Of a stretch of 64,000 nt of DNA, positions 8,923 through 18,256 are shown piece after piece. Position 1 is the first letter of the stretch; each line of letters starts with the position of its first letter. A program made the position numbers and the translations under genes. The notes under the pieces were generated by a model. It was not told where the DNA came from. It saw only the letters and a list, made by a program, of their open reading frames with translations, and ran no database searches. Source of the stretch: Acidobacteriota bacterium (lineage in GTDB: Bacteria > Acidobacteriota > UBA4820 > DSQY01); the NCBI GenBank assembly GCA_049967655.1, contig JBMFSH010000007.1, forward strand, positions 1 through 64,000, read 5' to 3'.

Positions 8923-9762
8923 TCAGGGTGTCGGCAGCCCCACGTTGGGCGGCAGGTCCTTTTCGGCCTTGCCCGTGGCCCGCATGCTGCGGAAGTAGCC
9001 CCGTCCCCCGAAGGTGATCATGACGAGGCTGAGAAGGCCGAGGAATACGTCGAAAAGGCTCCACCAGGAGAGGCCGAAGTACCGGAAGAAGGCGACGGAG
9101 AGGGTCAGAAAGGCCAACCCCGTGCGGATAAAGGCCAGGTAGGTCCTGCCCCGGGCCAGCTCGGTGCGCATGAGCGAGAGCCGGGTCCGCGTCTGGGCCA
9201 TCAGGTTCCGCCCCTCGGCCAGGGTATTGCGCTGCTCGGCCAGGGTGGTCCGCTGGGTGGACAGGTCGGTCCGGGTCTCGGCCATCTGGGTCCGCCGCAG
9301 AGCCTGATCGGTGCGCTGGCGGGCCAGATCCGTGCGCTCCTCGGCCAGGCGAGAGCGGGTCCGGGCGAGGGTGGTCCGCTGGTCGGCCAGGTTGGTGCGG
9401 GCCCGGGCCATGTCGGTCCTGAGCACGGCCAGGTCGGTCCTCTGTCCCGCCAAGCTGGTGCGTTCGCGACCCAGCTCGGTCCGGATGTTGGCCAGCTCCG
9501 TGCTCCGAGTGGAGAGCCTCGTCTGCTCGCGGGTCAGGGCCGTTCTCTCCTGGGCCATCTCCGTCTGGCGCTCGGTGTATTCGTTGGTGGTGGAGGCGAA
9601 GTGCAGGAGGTTGCTGGTGGTCTCCGTGCGCTGGCGTTCCAGGTCGTTGATGCTCCGCTCCAGCTCCGTCCCGGTTTCCTGGAGATCCACCGAGCGCTTC
9701 AGGAGGGACTTCACGGAGCGCAGCGTCCCGCGGGCACCTCCGGTGATCGATTGCCAAGCCAT
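8923..9762 (-). CDS. DUF202 (YidH-like) membrane protein with about 21 tandem RTxLAxx heptads
   Basis: C-terminal RTYLAFIRTGLAF followed by two TM segments; GGAGGT RBS before ATG 9762. Confidence 0.8.
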   Translation of the reverse strand: MAWQSITGGARGTLRSVKSLLKRSVDLQETGTELERSINDLERQRTETTSNLLHFASTTNEYTERQTEMAQERTALTREQTRLSTRSTELANIRTELGRERTSLAGQRTDLAVLRTDMARARTNLADQRTTLARTRSRLAEERTDLARQRTDQALRRTQMAETRTDLSTQRTTLAEQRNTLAEGRNLMAQTRTRLSLMRTELARGRTYLAFIRTGLAFLTLSVAFFRYFGLSWWSLFDVFLGLLSLVMITFGGRGYFRSMRATGKAEKDLPPNVGLPTP

Positions 9763-9808
9763 ATCCCCCACCTCCCTTCTGCTCCCGAATCCGCCGAACG
9801 CTCTCCCC

Positions 9809-10627
9809 CTAGGGGGTCATGGTGAGGGTGGGCGCGTATCCCGGCGTGTAGATCATGCCTTGCACCCCATCCACCCCCAGGACGATCGACTCCACCACCT
9901 TGAGCTGGTCATCCTCCAGGTAAGGCCCGAGGACCTCGATTCGCCCGCCGTCCGCCTGCGCGCCCACCTCCAGCGCCTGAGTCCTCGGATCCATGGCCAG
10001 CGCGGCCTCCACAAGGGTTTCCAGGTGGAGCTTCTCCACCTCGGCCTGCGATTCCGGTGTGGCCTGGAACTCCGATTCCCTGGCCATTTCCTGGATCAAA
10101 GAGCACACGGCCTGAAGGCTCATGCGTTCCAGGTTGACCCAAAGGTCGTACAGGTGGGGGTCGCGGATCTCCTTCCCGTACATGAACCGGGCCCACTGGG
10201 CCCGCCGCTGGTCCTCCTGAAGGATGTACTCCTTGGCGTCCTCCTCGCCGCACTTCAGCCGGTCCATCGTCATCCGCACCCGCAGGGGAAGGGGCGCGCT
10301 GATCCGCACGCGGACGAAGTGCCGGACGTAGGGAACCAGCAGGTGCCCCGAATACCCGCTGTAGACCACGTTGTCGTGCAGGGCGAACTCGAGCAGGGCG
10401 AGCCGCATGAGGATCACGTAGGGACGCCTGAGCTGGCTGAACTGCTCATAAGCCCGAGCGGCCCGCCCGATGGTCTCCACCGTGCGGTTGGCGATCTCGC
10501 CGTGCTGATTCACGAGGCCTACGAGATCCTCCCTCGTGATGCACCGATAGCCCGTCCGCTCCCGGAGGCAATCCACGAGCAGCGTGGCTCCAGACATGGT
10601 TCCCCTGGAAATCAGAATGACCGGCAT
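9809..10627 (-). CDS. Cytidylate kinase-like family protein with a C-terminal BON-like domain
   Basis: VILISRGTMSGA degenerate P-loop, VRISAPL..RV, D..RA.W, DP.LYDL.VN; BON-like tail V.GV.G. Confidence 0.75.
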   Translation of the reverse strand: MPVILISRGTMSGATLLVDCLRERTGYRCITREDLVGLVNQHGEIANRTVETIGRAARAYEQFSQLRRPYVILMRLALLEFALHDNVVYSGYSGHLLVPYVRHFVRVRISAPLPLRVRMTMDRLKCGEEDAKEYILQEDQRRAQWARFMYGKEIRDPHLYDLWVNLERMSLQAVCSLIQEMARESEFQATPESQAEVEKLHLETLVEAALAMDPRTQALEVGAQADGGRIEVLGPYLEDDQLKVVESIVLGVDGVQGMIYTPGYAPTLTMTP

Positions 10628-11023
10628 CGCTTCGCCCCCCCGGACGAGATTCGCCCCTACCTGAGCCCCCCGGCTCCGTCCGGGGTCAGTTCCCTCGGAC
10701 CGGCCGAACCGAGGCGATGGCGGCCCCGGCCGTTTCCCCCTCCGCGGCTAGGCCGTCCCTCGAAGGGGTCAACACGAGTAATATAGCCCATCTCCTCTTG
10801 AATACAACGGGCGAGCGGGGCATCCGTCGCCCGGTAGGCCAAATTCCGCCGCCGAATACGGGCGCATGGAGCTGCTGGCCGGGCAGGGAGCGGGAGGGTA
10901 TGCTCCATGGGAGGGGGCGCCCTCTCTCGCAGCGGTCCTCCGGAGGGGCTGCAGCGCACGGTCCGTCCGTTCATTCGCGGCCGGAGGCATCCCGCCGAGG
11001 GATCGCGGTTCGCGCCGGCGCCG

Positions 11024-11053
11024 TTGACAGGTGTCCTAAAGGCCCGCCATAAT
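11024..11053 (+). promoter_or_regulatory. sigma70 promoter of tRNA-Cys
   Basis: TTGACA-18 nt-CATAAT. Confidence 0.7.
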
Positions 11054-11061
11054 AAATGTTC

Positions 11062-11135
11062 GGCGCCGTAGCCAAGCGGTAAGGCAGGGGCCTGCAAAGC
11101 CCTCATCACCGGTTCGATTCCGGTCGGCGCCTCCA
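11062..11135 (+). tRNA. tRNA-Cys(GCA)
   Basis: GGCGCCG/CGGCGCC acceptor stem, CTGCAAA anticodon loop, GGTTCGATTCC, TCCA end. Confidence 0.95.
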
Positions 11136-11322
11136 GCGCTTTTCCCCGTACAAGAGAGGAAGTTAGCGGGCTTCACGCTTCGGTCCCGCTCGTGGCCTCG
11201 CCGAGGTCACCGCAACTGTGGATCCGCGGTAGCTCGCGCGCTCGCCGCCGGGGTGGCGCAACCCGCCCGCAAGAGGGCGATTCACCTTAACGCGGGTGCC
11301 CTGGGGGGCTATACTGCCTCCA

Positions 11323-11409
11323 GCCGGAGTGGCGGAATGGGCAGACGCTGCGGACTTAAAATCCGCTGGCCGCAAGGCCGTGCCGGTTCGAGCCCGGCCT
11401 CCGGCACCA
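11323..11409 (+). tRNA. tRNA-Leu(TAA)
   Basis: GCCGGAG acceptor stem, GCGGA-CTTAAAA-TCCGC, long variable arm GGCCGCAAGGCC, ACCA end. Confidence 0.95.
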
Positions 11410-11529
11410 CTCTGAGAATGGACTCCGCGGGCCGGGGGGCGGGGAGGCCGCGAGGAAGCGGAGCGCCCCTGCAAAGGCGGCCAACGTCCAACCCGAGGCG
11501 GTGGGCGGCAAGGCGAGGAGGGTCGTCCC

Positions 11530-12669
11530 ATGACGAATGAGGCGGGCGGGTCGCGGGAGCCGCACTCGAAAGAGGAGCTCCGGCGATGGCGAGGCAATCT
11601 CGACGACGAACTGAACGGTGCGGCGCTGTACGAGGCCATGGCGGAAGCGGAGGGCGACGAGGAGCGGGCTTCCATCTTCAGCGAGCTTGCGGCGGTGGAG
11701 CGGGCCCACGCGGAGGTCTGGGCGGCCAAGCTGAAGGCAGCCGGGGAGGAGTTCCCGTCCTCCTCCAGGAGCCTCAAGACCCGGGTTTTGACCGCGCTGG
11801 CGAGACGACTGGGCACGGGCAGCGTGTTTCCCATCGTCCAGGCCATCGAGCGGGGAGCCAACCGGAGCTATGAGGGCCAGCGCGACGCAGACGCCCTGCG
11901 CCTGGCCAGGGTGGAGAAAACCCACGCCAAGGTGTTTGCGGCCCTGAAGGCCGATCGCCCGGGAGGGATCCTGGGGGTGGAATCCTGGCACCGCCGGGAC
12001 GCTGGGGGCTCGCTCCGGGCGGCGGTGTTCGGGGTGAATGACGGCTTGGTGTCCAACTTCTCCCTCATCATGGGCGTGGCGGGGGCCAGCCACGACGTGA
12101 AGAGCATCTTGATCGCGGGCGTGGCGGGCATGCTAGCGGGGGCCTTCTCCATGGGCGCCGGTGAGTATGTCTCGGTCCGCTCCCAGCGCGAACTCTTCGA
12201 GCACGAGATCCAGAAGGAGGAGGAGGAGCTCGAGTCGGCACCCGAGGAGGAGCGCAAGGAGCTCGAACTCATCTACCGGGCCAAGGGCATCCCAAAGGAG
12301 GCGGCCATGGAGCTGGCGTCCTCCATGCTCGGCAACCGCGCCTCGGCCCTGGACACGCTGGCCCGCGAGGAGCTGGGACTCGATCCCGGCGATCTCGGTT
12401 CTCCGTGGGGCGTGGCCCTCAGCTCCTTCTCGGCCTTCCTCAGCGGCGCCGTCATCCCCCTTCTGCCCTTCTTTTTCCTGAAGGGAGGTTCGGGCGTGAT
12501 GGTTAGCGCGGTGCTGGCGGGCCTGGCCCTCTTCGGAGTCGGCGCGGCCCTATCCTTTTTCACGGGGAAGGGATTGTTGGCCAGCGGCTTTCGCATGCTG
12601 CTGATCGGTGGGGCCGTGGCCGTGGTGACGAACGCCCTGGGTCGGCTGCTCGGCGTGACGCTCGGCTAG
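11530..12669 (+). CDS. Rubrerythrin/ferritin-like domain fused to a VIT1/CCC1 Fe/Mn transporter
   Basis: N-terminal ExxH motifs (ERAH, EKTH); LRAAVFG.NDGLVSN and GAFSMGAGEYVSV. Confidence 0.9.
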   Translation: MTNEAGGSREPHSKEELRRWRGNLDDELNGAALYEAMAEAEGDEERASIFSELAAVERAHAEVWAAKLKAAGEEFPSSSRSLKTRVLTALARRLGTGSVFPIVQAIERGANRSYEGQRDADALRLARVEKTHAKVFAALKADRPGGILGVESWHRRDAGGSLRAAVFGVNDGLVSNFSLIMGVAGASHDVKSILIAGVAGMLAGAFSMGAGEYVSVRSQRELFEHEIQKEEEELESAPEEERKELELIYRAKGIPKEAAMELASSMLGNRASALDTLAREELGLDPGDLGSPWGVALSSFSAFLSGAVIPLLPFFFLKGGSGVMVSAVLAGLALFGVGAALSFFTGKGLLASGFRMLLIGGAVAVVTNALGRLLGVTLG

Positions 12670-12752
12670 ATTCCCCTCCGCGGCGGCCCGCGGGGAGCCC
12701 CCGGAGGGGCCTGCTCGCTTCCGCTCCCCCCAGTCTCCCTCATCCTTTATAT

Positions 12753-13214
12753 CTATTCCAAGGGTCGCTCCCCCTTTGGCTCTCGGACCCACGCCAGCCT
12801 CTGGGCCGATTCGTCAATGGCGAACCGGATGGTCCAGGTGGGACGATCGGTGTCGGCCCACAGGGCGGCGCCCGCCTCCGGCCATTCCACCACGACGAGA
12901 TCGGGGCCGGCGAGGGCCTCTTCCAAGCCAAGCGGTTCCACGTCGTCTCCCGGGGTGAGCCGGTAGAGGTCCACGTGGGTGATCCCGAAGCCTCCTGGGC
13001 CCGGGGGATAGCGCTGCAACAGGGTGAAGGAGGGGCTGGATACCCAGGCGGGGTCGAAGCCCAGCGCCTGGGCCAGGTAACGCACGAAGGTCGTCTTGCC
13101 GGAGCCCAGTTCTCCTGTCAGAAGCAGAAGCTCGGCACCCGTCAGCCGGCGGGCGAGCTGGGCCGCCAGGGCGCGGGTGGCCCTGCGGTCGCGCAGGGGG
13201 AGGCCTCCGCTCAT
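12753..13214 (-). CDS. tsaE: tRNA t6A biosynthesis ATPase TsaE
   Basis: GELGSGKTT, SSPSF, HVDLYRL, VEWPE; start overlaps the nnr stop. Confidence 0.92.
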   Translation of the reverse strand: MSGGLPLRDRRATRALAAQLARRLTGAELLLLTGELGSGKTTFVRYLAQALGFDPAWVSSPSFTLLQRYPPGPGGFGITHVDLYRLTPGDDVEPLGLEEALAGPDLVVVEWPEAGAALWADTDRPTWTIRFAIDESAQRLAWVREPKGERPLE

Positions 13215-14764
13215 GGGGTTCGCAGGGAGCCCTCCACCGCGGGGAGAGCGTCGGCGCATTCGGAGGCCAGAAGCCCGTACCCGCCCAGCCTCTCCGAGGC
13301 GAGGTCCGCCGCCGCGCCGTGCCACCACGCCCCGAGCGAAGCGGCATCAAGGGGGGGGAGCCCCCTGGCCAGCAGCGCGCCGACCATGCCCGTCAGAACG
13401 TCTCCGAAGCCCGGTCCGGCCATGTGGGGCCCGCCCGAGAGGTTCAGGCGCCAGGGCTCTCCGGGGGCGGCCACGAGCGTGCGGTAGCCCTTCAGCAGGA
13501 GCGCCGCCTGCCAGGCCTCGGCCCGCGCGGGAGCCAGGCTGTACCGTTCGGCGAGGACCTGCGCCGCGGTGCGGCCCACCAGCCGTCCCATCTCTCCGGG
13601 GTGGGGGGTGAGCACCCGGGGGCCGGCGTGGAGGGCGAGCCGCTCCGGTTCGTCCTGGAAGGCGCTGAGGCCGTCGGCGTCCAAGGCGCAGGGCAAGGGA
13701 ATCCGGCCGTAGAGTTCTCGGGCCAGGGCCTGGGTCTCCGGAAAGTTCCCCAGGCCGGGCCCTATGCCCACGGCGTCCACCCGGTCGCAAAAGGCGAGGA
13801 TGGGGGTGAGGGAATCCATGCTGAGGGTCCCCTCCTTCGTTTCCGGGAGGGGGAGCGTCATGGCCTCCGGCAGGCCTGCCGCCACGAGGGGCTGGGCGGA
13901 GGTGGGTGTGGCCACGGTGACCAGGCCCGCCCCGCTCCGCAGCGCCCCCCGCGCGCAGAGCACGGCCGCACCGCTCTTGCCGATGCTGCCCGCCACGAGG
14001 AGGAGCCTGCCCGCGTCCCCCTTGTGGGTATCGGGCCGGCGCTGGCGGAAGAAGGCGCTGGCCCACGCCGCATCGAGGGTCTCGCCGGCGGGCCTTAGGC
14101 GCGAGGTGGCCTCGGGCGGAATGCCGATGTCCAAAAGTCTGACCTTGCCGCAGAGGGGGGCGGATTCGGGGGTGAAGAGAAGAGGCTTGCCCAGGGCGAG
14201 CGTCAGTGTGAGCTGGGCCCGGATCGCCTCGCCGGGCGGAGCGCACGCATCGCCGGAGAGGCCCGAGGGGATGTCCACGGAGACCACGAAGGCCCCCGAT
14301 TCGTTCACCGCCCGAATGACCTCCGCACTCAGCCCGGCGGCCGGCCCGCCCAGCCCCGTCCCCAGCAGGGCGTCCAGGACGAGGTCAGAGGAGCGCAGTC
14401 GCTCCGAGAGGGCCGGAATGGAGGCGGAGCCGTCCAGGGTCTCGCAGGGCACCCCGGCCGGCCCGAGCCGCTCGTACTGGGTGCGGGCGTCGCCGGAGAG
14501 CCGCGCAGGGTCCCCGAGCAGAACCACCTCCGGTGAGTGGCCGTGCTCCTTGAGCATCCTGGCCACGGCCATGCCGTCCCCTCCGTTGTTCCCCCTGCCG
14601 CACAGGACCAGCACCCGGCCGCCCAGCCTCTCCGGGAGCTCCTGCAGGAGGGCCTGCGTGATTGAGCGGGCGGCGTTCTCCATGAGGGTAAGCGAGGGGA
14701 TTCCCATCTCCTGGATGGCGATCCGGTCGGCTTCCCTGACGTCCCTGGCCCAGTAAAGCTTCAT
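13211..14764 (-). CDS. nnr: Bifunctional NAD(P)H-hydrate epimerase/dehydratase
   Basis: LMENAA, CG.GNNGGDG, VDIPSG, HKG..G, GPGLG, TPHPGE, G.GDVLTG. Confidence 0.93.
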   Translation of the reverse strand: MKLYWARDVREADRIAIQEMGIPSLTLMENAARSITQALLQELPERLGGRVLVLCGRGNNGGDGMAVARMLKEHGHSPEVVLLGDPARLSGDARTQYERLGPAGVPCETLDGSASIPALSERLRSSDLVLDALLGTGLGGPAAGLSAEVIRAVNESGAFVVSVDIPSGLSGDACAPPGEAIRAQLTLTLALGKPLLFTPESAPLCGKVRLLDIGIPPEATSRLRPAGETLDAAWASAFFRQRRPDTHKGDAGRLLLVAGSIGKSGAAVLCARGALRSGAGLVTVATPTSAQPLVAAGLPEAMTLPLPETKEGTLSMDSLTPILAFCDRVDAVGIGPGLGNFPETQALARELYGRIPLPCALDADGLSAFQDEPERLALHAGPRVLTPHPGEMGRLVGRTAAQVLAERYSLAPARAEAWQAALLLKGYRTLVAAPGEPWRLNLSGGPHMAGPGFGDVLTGMVGALLARGLPPLDAASLGAWWHGAAADLASERLGGYGLLASECADALPAVEGSLRTP

Positions 14765-14851
14765 GGCGTCTCCACGCTCAGCGCCGGCTCACGGCCACGC
14801 CGCTGGCTAGGAGGGGAAAACCCGCTTTTCCGGCTCCCCATCTCCATCCCC

Positions 14852-16633
14852 TCAGAAACCGCCCGCCATGAAGCGCCACTGGATGATCTTGAGGTTGATC
14901 TCCCGCAGGCGCTGGGCGAGAATCCGGCACAGGATGGCGAGAAACTGGTAAGCCGACTCCACGTCCACCGAGAGGATCTCGTTGAGCACCGAGCGCGAGA
15001 TCGTGAGGAGGGTGGTCCCGTTCACGTGGGCCTTGGCATCCGCGGAGCGGGGCTCCTGGTCCACCAGCGCCATCTCGCCGAAGAAGTCGCCCTTCTCCAG
15101 GATGGCCAGCGCCTCCTCCCCGACCCCCGGAATCATCTTGGTGATCCTGACCTTGCCATCCAGGATGATATAGAGCTTGTCGCCCCGGCTGCCCTCCCTG
15201 AAGATGACCTGGTTCTGGTTGTACAGCTCCTCGCCGGAGAAGGCGGCCAGCAGGCGGAGCTCCTTGGAGGAGAGGCCCCGTTCCTGCAGGAGCTTGATCT
15301 TCTTGTCCAGGTCGATGGAGATGGCCTTGGACCGATCGGCCTCATGGGGCGCCAGCGGGACCTTGGTGGTCGCCTCCGATTCGTCGAAGAAGGTTTCGAG
15401 CAGGTTGTTGGCCTCCCGCGTCCTCAGGGAGAGCGACTTCCAGAAGTGCCAGTAGAAGTGGACGGCCACGTCCTTCCGGGTTTCGAAGAGTCCTTCGAGA
15501 TCGGAGCGCCTGAGGCAGAAGAGCTCCGTGTCCTGGTTGGCGATGGCATCGGCGCTGCGATGGCTGGGATCGATGAAGTTCATCTCTCCGAAGAACTCGC
15601 CCCGGCCCGCCGCGGCGAGGCGCTGTTCGCCGAAGGGGGTCTTCTTGGCGATCCGCACGTCGCCCCGCTCGACCAGGTAGAGTTCGTCACCCTCGTCGTT
15701 CTCGTCGAAGACCAGGCCTCCCTCGGGTACCTTGATCTGACGGGCCACCTTGGCGATGGTGAAGAGGCTCTCGTCGGAAAGCTCCTTCAGAAGATCGAAG
15801 GCCCGGAGCCTGAGGGCCAGCTTCAGAAGGTCCTGCCTGGCTTCATCGCCCGACGGGCCCTTGGAGATCTCGCGCAGCCCCTGGACCGCCCCCCTGCCCA
15901 GGACCGAGCTCTTTTGAAGATCCAGCTGGGTCATGCAGCGGTTGAAGAGGGCCAGCCTGGATTTCACCAGCTCGCTTCGCGCGGCCTTGCTGGAGATGCC
16001 CAATTTATCCAAGAGGTACTTGAATTTCTCCTGCAGCTCGGGGGCGGGCGCGCGGCCGGCGGCGTTGTCCAGAATCATGGCGTCCACGATGCTCGCCAGG
16101 GCGGCGCGGTGGTTCTTCAGGTAGAAGAGCGCGCGGCCCAGCAGGGCGTGGGCCTCCGGAATGAAGGGGTTGATGACGAGCAGGGAGCGGATCTCCCGGA
16201 TGGAGGAGGCGAAGTCGTTATTCTTATAGAAGAAGCGGGCGAGGTTGAGGTGGGCCCGCTCGTTGCTGGGGTTTTGGGCCAGCGCCAGGTGGTAGCACTG
16301 AAGGGCCCGCTCGTCCTGCCCCTTCCGCTCGTAGAGCTCCCCCACGGCGCTGAACTGGTAGGAGAGCCGGTCCCGGCCCGCGCGCTCCTCGCGGAACTTC
16401 CCCATCATGCGCTCTCTCTCCTGCTCGTCCTTCTCCTTGAGTAGGTTGCGCATCTTGCCCAGGTTGATCTTCATGGCGAGGCTCTGGGGGAAGAGTTTGA
16501 TGCCCCGCTCGTAGAGCTCCACCGCCTCCTCGAAGCGTCCCTGTTCGGCAAACTTGTTGGCTACGGAGGCGAGATCCTCGGCGCGGATGCTCAGGCCTTC
16601 GTCGCCCGTCTTCCCCTCGTGTTCCTGATTCAC
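14852..16633 (-). CDS. TPR-repeat protein with two C-terminal cyclic-nucleotide-binding domains
   Basis: N-terminal TPR helices; two FFGEM...RSA phosphate-binding cassettes; no HTH. Confidence 0.85.
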   Translation of the reverse strand: MNQEHEGKTGDEGLSIRAEDLASVANKFAEQGRFEEAVELYERGIKLFPQSLAMKINLGKMRNLLKEKDEQERERMMGKFREERAGRDRLSYQFSAVGELYERKGQDERALQCYHLALAQNPSNERAHLNLARFFYKNNDFASSIREIRSLLVINPFIPEAHALLGRALFYLKNHRAALASIVDAMILDNAAGRAPAPELQEKFKYLLDKLGISSKAARSELVKSRLALFNRCMTQLDLQKSSVLGRGAVQGLREISKGPSGDEARQDLLKLALRLRAFDLLKELSDESLFTIAKVARQIKVPEGGLVFDENDEGDELYLVERGDVRIAKKTPFGEQRLAAAGRGEFFGEMNFIDPSHRSADAIANQDTELFCLRRSDLEGLFETRKDVAVHFYWHFWKSLSLRTREANNLLETFFDESEATTKVPLAPHEADRSKAISIDLDKKIKLLQERGLSSKELRLLAAFSGEELYNQNQVIFREGSRGDKLYIILDGKVRITKMIPGVGEEALAILEKGDFFGEMALVDQEPRSADAKAHVNGTTLLTISRSVLNEILSVDVESAYQFLAILCRILAQRLREINLKIIQWRFMAGGF

Positions 16634-16859
16634 GGCTGCCTCCGCCGAGCCATTCTAAAGGTGGCCCACGGCCGCGTCAACGAGCGATCCGGTCCCCCTT
16701 CGACGGCGGGGAGCGGCGCCCCGACGCGTCGGCCACGGGGACGGTGTTACCCTCTCGGCTCGCCTGCATCTTGGTGAGTGGTCCGCGCTGGGACCGCTTT
16801 TCGCGCTGAGGTATACTCATAGGGCCAAGCAAACCCATGCTGATCGCTAAGGGGGAACC

Positions 16860-18215
16860 ATGAGAGGACGGATGAACGCCACAATCGCACTTCCGCTTCT
16901 GGCCTTTCTTCTCCTGGCGGCAGGGCCCGTGGTCAGGGCAGCGGAGGCCGACCCGCCGGCCCGGACCGTCACCCTCCAGGAGGCAGTACTCGAAGCCAGG
17001 AAGAACAACGCCCTTCTTCAGGCGGCCAGGGCTGACGTTCAGGTCAAAGAGGGCCAGTTCAAGGAGGCCCGCTCCTACTTCATCCCCAACGTCGCCTTCA
17101 CGGAGAACTACAGCCGTACCAACAATCCGGTCTACGTCTTCATGGACAAGCTCACCCAGGCCAACTTCGGGAGGATGGACTTCTCCATTCCCCGGCTCAA
17201 CAATCCGGAACCCCTGACCAACTTCCAGTCCAAGGTCGAGCTGACCATGCCCCTCTTCACCGGCGGCAAGATCTCGGCCGCCTACCGGGCCACCAAGATG
17301 GGCATCGAGGCGGCCAAGGATCGCAGCGCCTTCGCCGAGGGGAGCGTGGTCAAGGGGGTCACGGAGGCCTTCTACGGCAGCCTCCTGGCCGAGCAGGCGG
17401 TGCAGGTCATGCGGGAGTCGGTGAAAACGGCCGAGGCCCACCTTAATCAAGTGGAGGCCATGTATAAGCAGGGCTTGGTCCTCGACTCCGATCTGCTGAG
17501 AATGCGGGTCTTCGCGTCCGACATGAAGCAGCAGGAGTCCTCCCGGGCGGCGGATGAAGAGGTGGCCCGCTCCTACCTCGGCTACGCCATGGGGACCACG
17601 AGCGACGTGCGGCCGGAGGGCGACATGGTGCCGCCCGCGAGCCCCCTCCCCAGCCTCCAGTCGGCCATCCAGGCCGCCATGGCCAAGCGGGGCGACCTCC
17701 TGGCGTCCCAAATCCAGGCCCGGCAGGCGGGCGAGGGGGTGAAGATGGCGCGGGCCGACTACCTGCCGCAGGTGGGGCTCATGGCCTCCTACGAGCAGGA
17801 CACGGAGCGCTGGACCAACGCGGCGTGGGGGGACAACTGGATGGTCGGCGTCCAGCTCCGCATCCCCCTCTTCGACGGCGGCGCCCGGGCCGGCCGCCTG
17901 CTCTCCGCGAAGTCGCAGGAGATACAGGCCCAGAAGGCCCTGCTGGACCAGCAGCAGAAGGTCCAGTTGGAGGTGAAGAGCGCCTGGCTGCGGGCCCGGG
18001 CCGCGGCCCAGAGGGTGGCCGTGACCACCGAGTCCGAGGCCCAGGCCCGGGAGAACCAGCGCATCGTGGCCCTCCGCTACAAGGAGGGGCTGGCCACCAT
18101 CACCGATCTTCTCGATGCCGACACCACGGTCACGGCCGCGGCACTCACCCGGGCCCAGGCCGTGCACGACGAGCTGGTGGAGCGCGCCCACCTCGCGTGG
18201 GCCATGGGGGAATGA
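16860..18215 (+). CDS. TolC-family outer membrane efflux protein
   Basis: Signal peptide; duplicated A...Y.P and PLF.GG repeats; Y..GL...DLL.A. Confidence 0.9.
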   Translation: MRGRMNATIALPLLAFLLLAAGPVVRAAEADPPARTVTLQEAVLEARKNNALLQAARADVQVKEGQFKEARSYFIPNVAFTENYSRTNNPVYVFMDKLTQANFGRMDFSIPRLNNPEPLTNFQSKVELTMPLFTGGKISAAYRATKMGIEAAKDRSAFAEGSVVKGVTEAFYGSLLAEQAVQVMRESVKTAEAHLNQVEAMYKQGLVLDSDLLRMRVFASDMKQQESSRAADEEVARSYLGYAMGTTSDVRPEGDMVPPASPLPSLQSAIQAAMAKRGDLLASQIQARQAGEGVKMARADYLPQVGLMASYEQDTERWTNAAWGDNWMVGVQLRIPLFDGGARAGRLLSAKSQEIQAQKALLDQQQKVQLEVKSAWLRARAAAQRVAVTTESEAQARENQRIVALRYKEGLATITDLLDADTTVTAAALTRAQAVHDELVERAHLAWAMGE

Positions 18216-18256
18216 TGGCGCGGACAAGCCGGAGTGCTGAAGAGATGGAGAGAACC

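Noticed and set aside
10712..10735. Fluoride riboswitch-like GGCGATGG
   Set aside because: Poor match beyond the first 8 nt, and wrong orientation for the adjacent gene.
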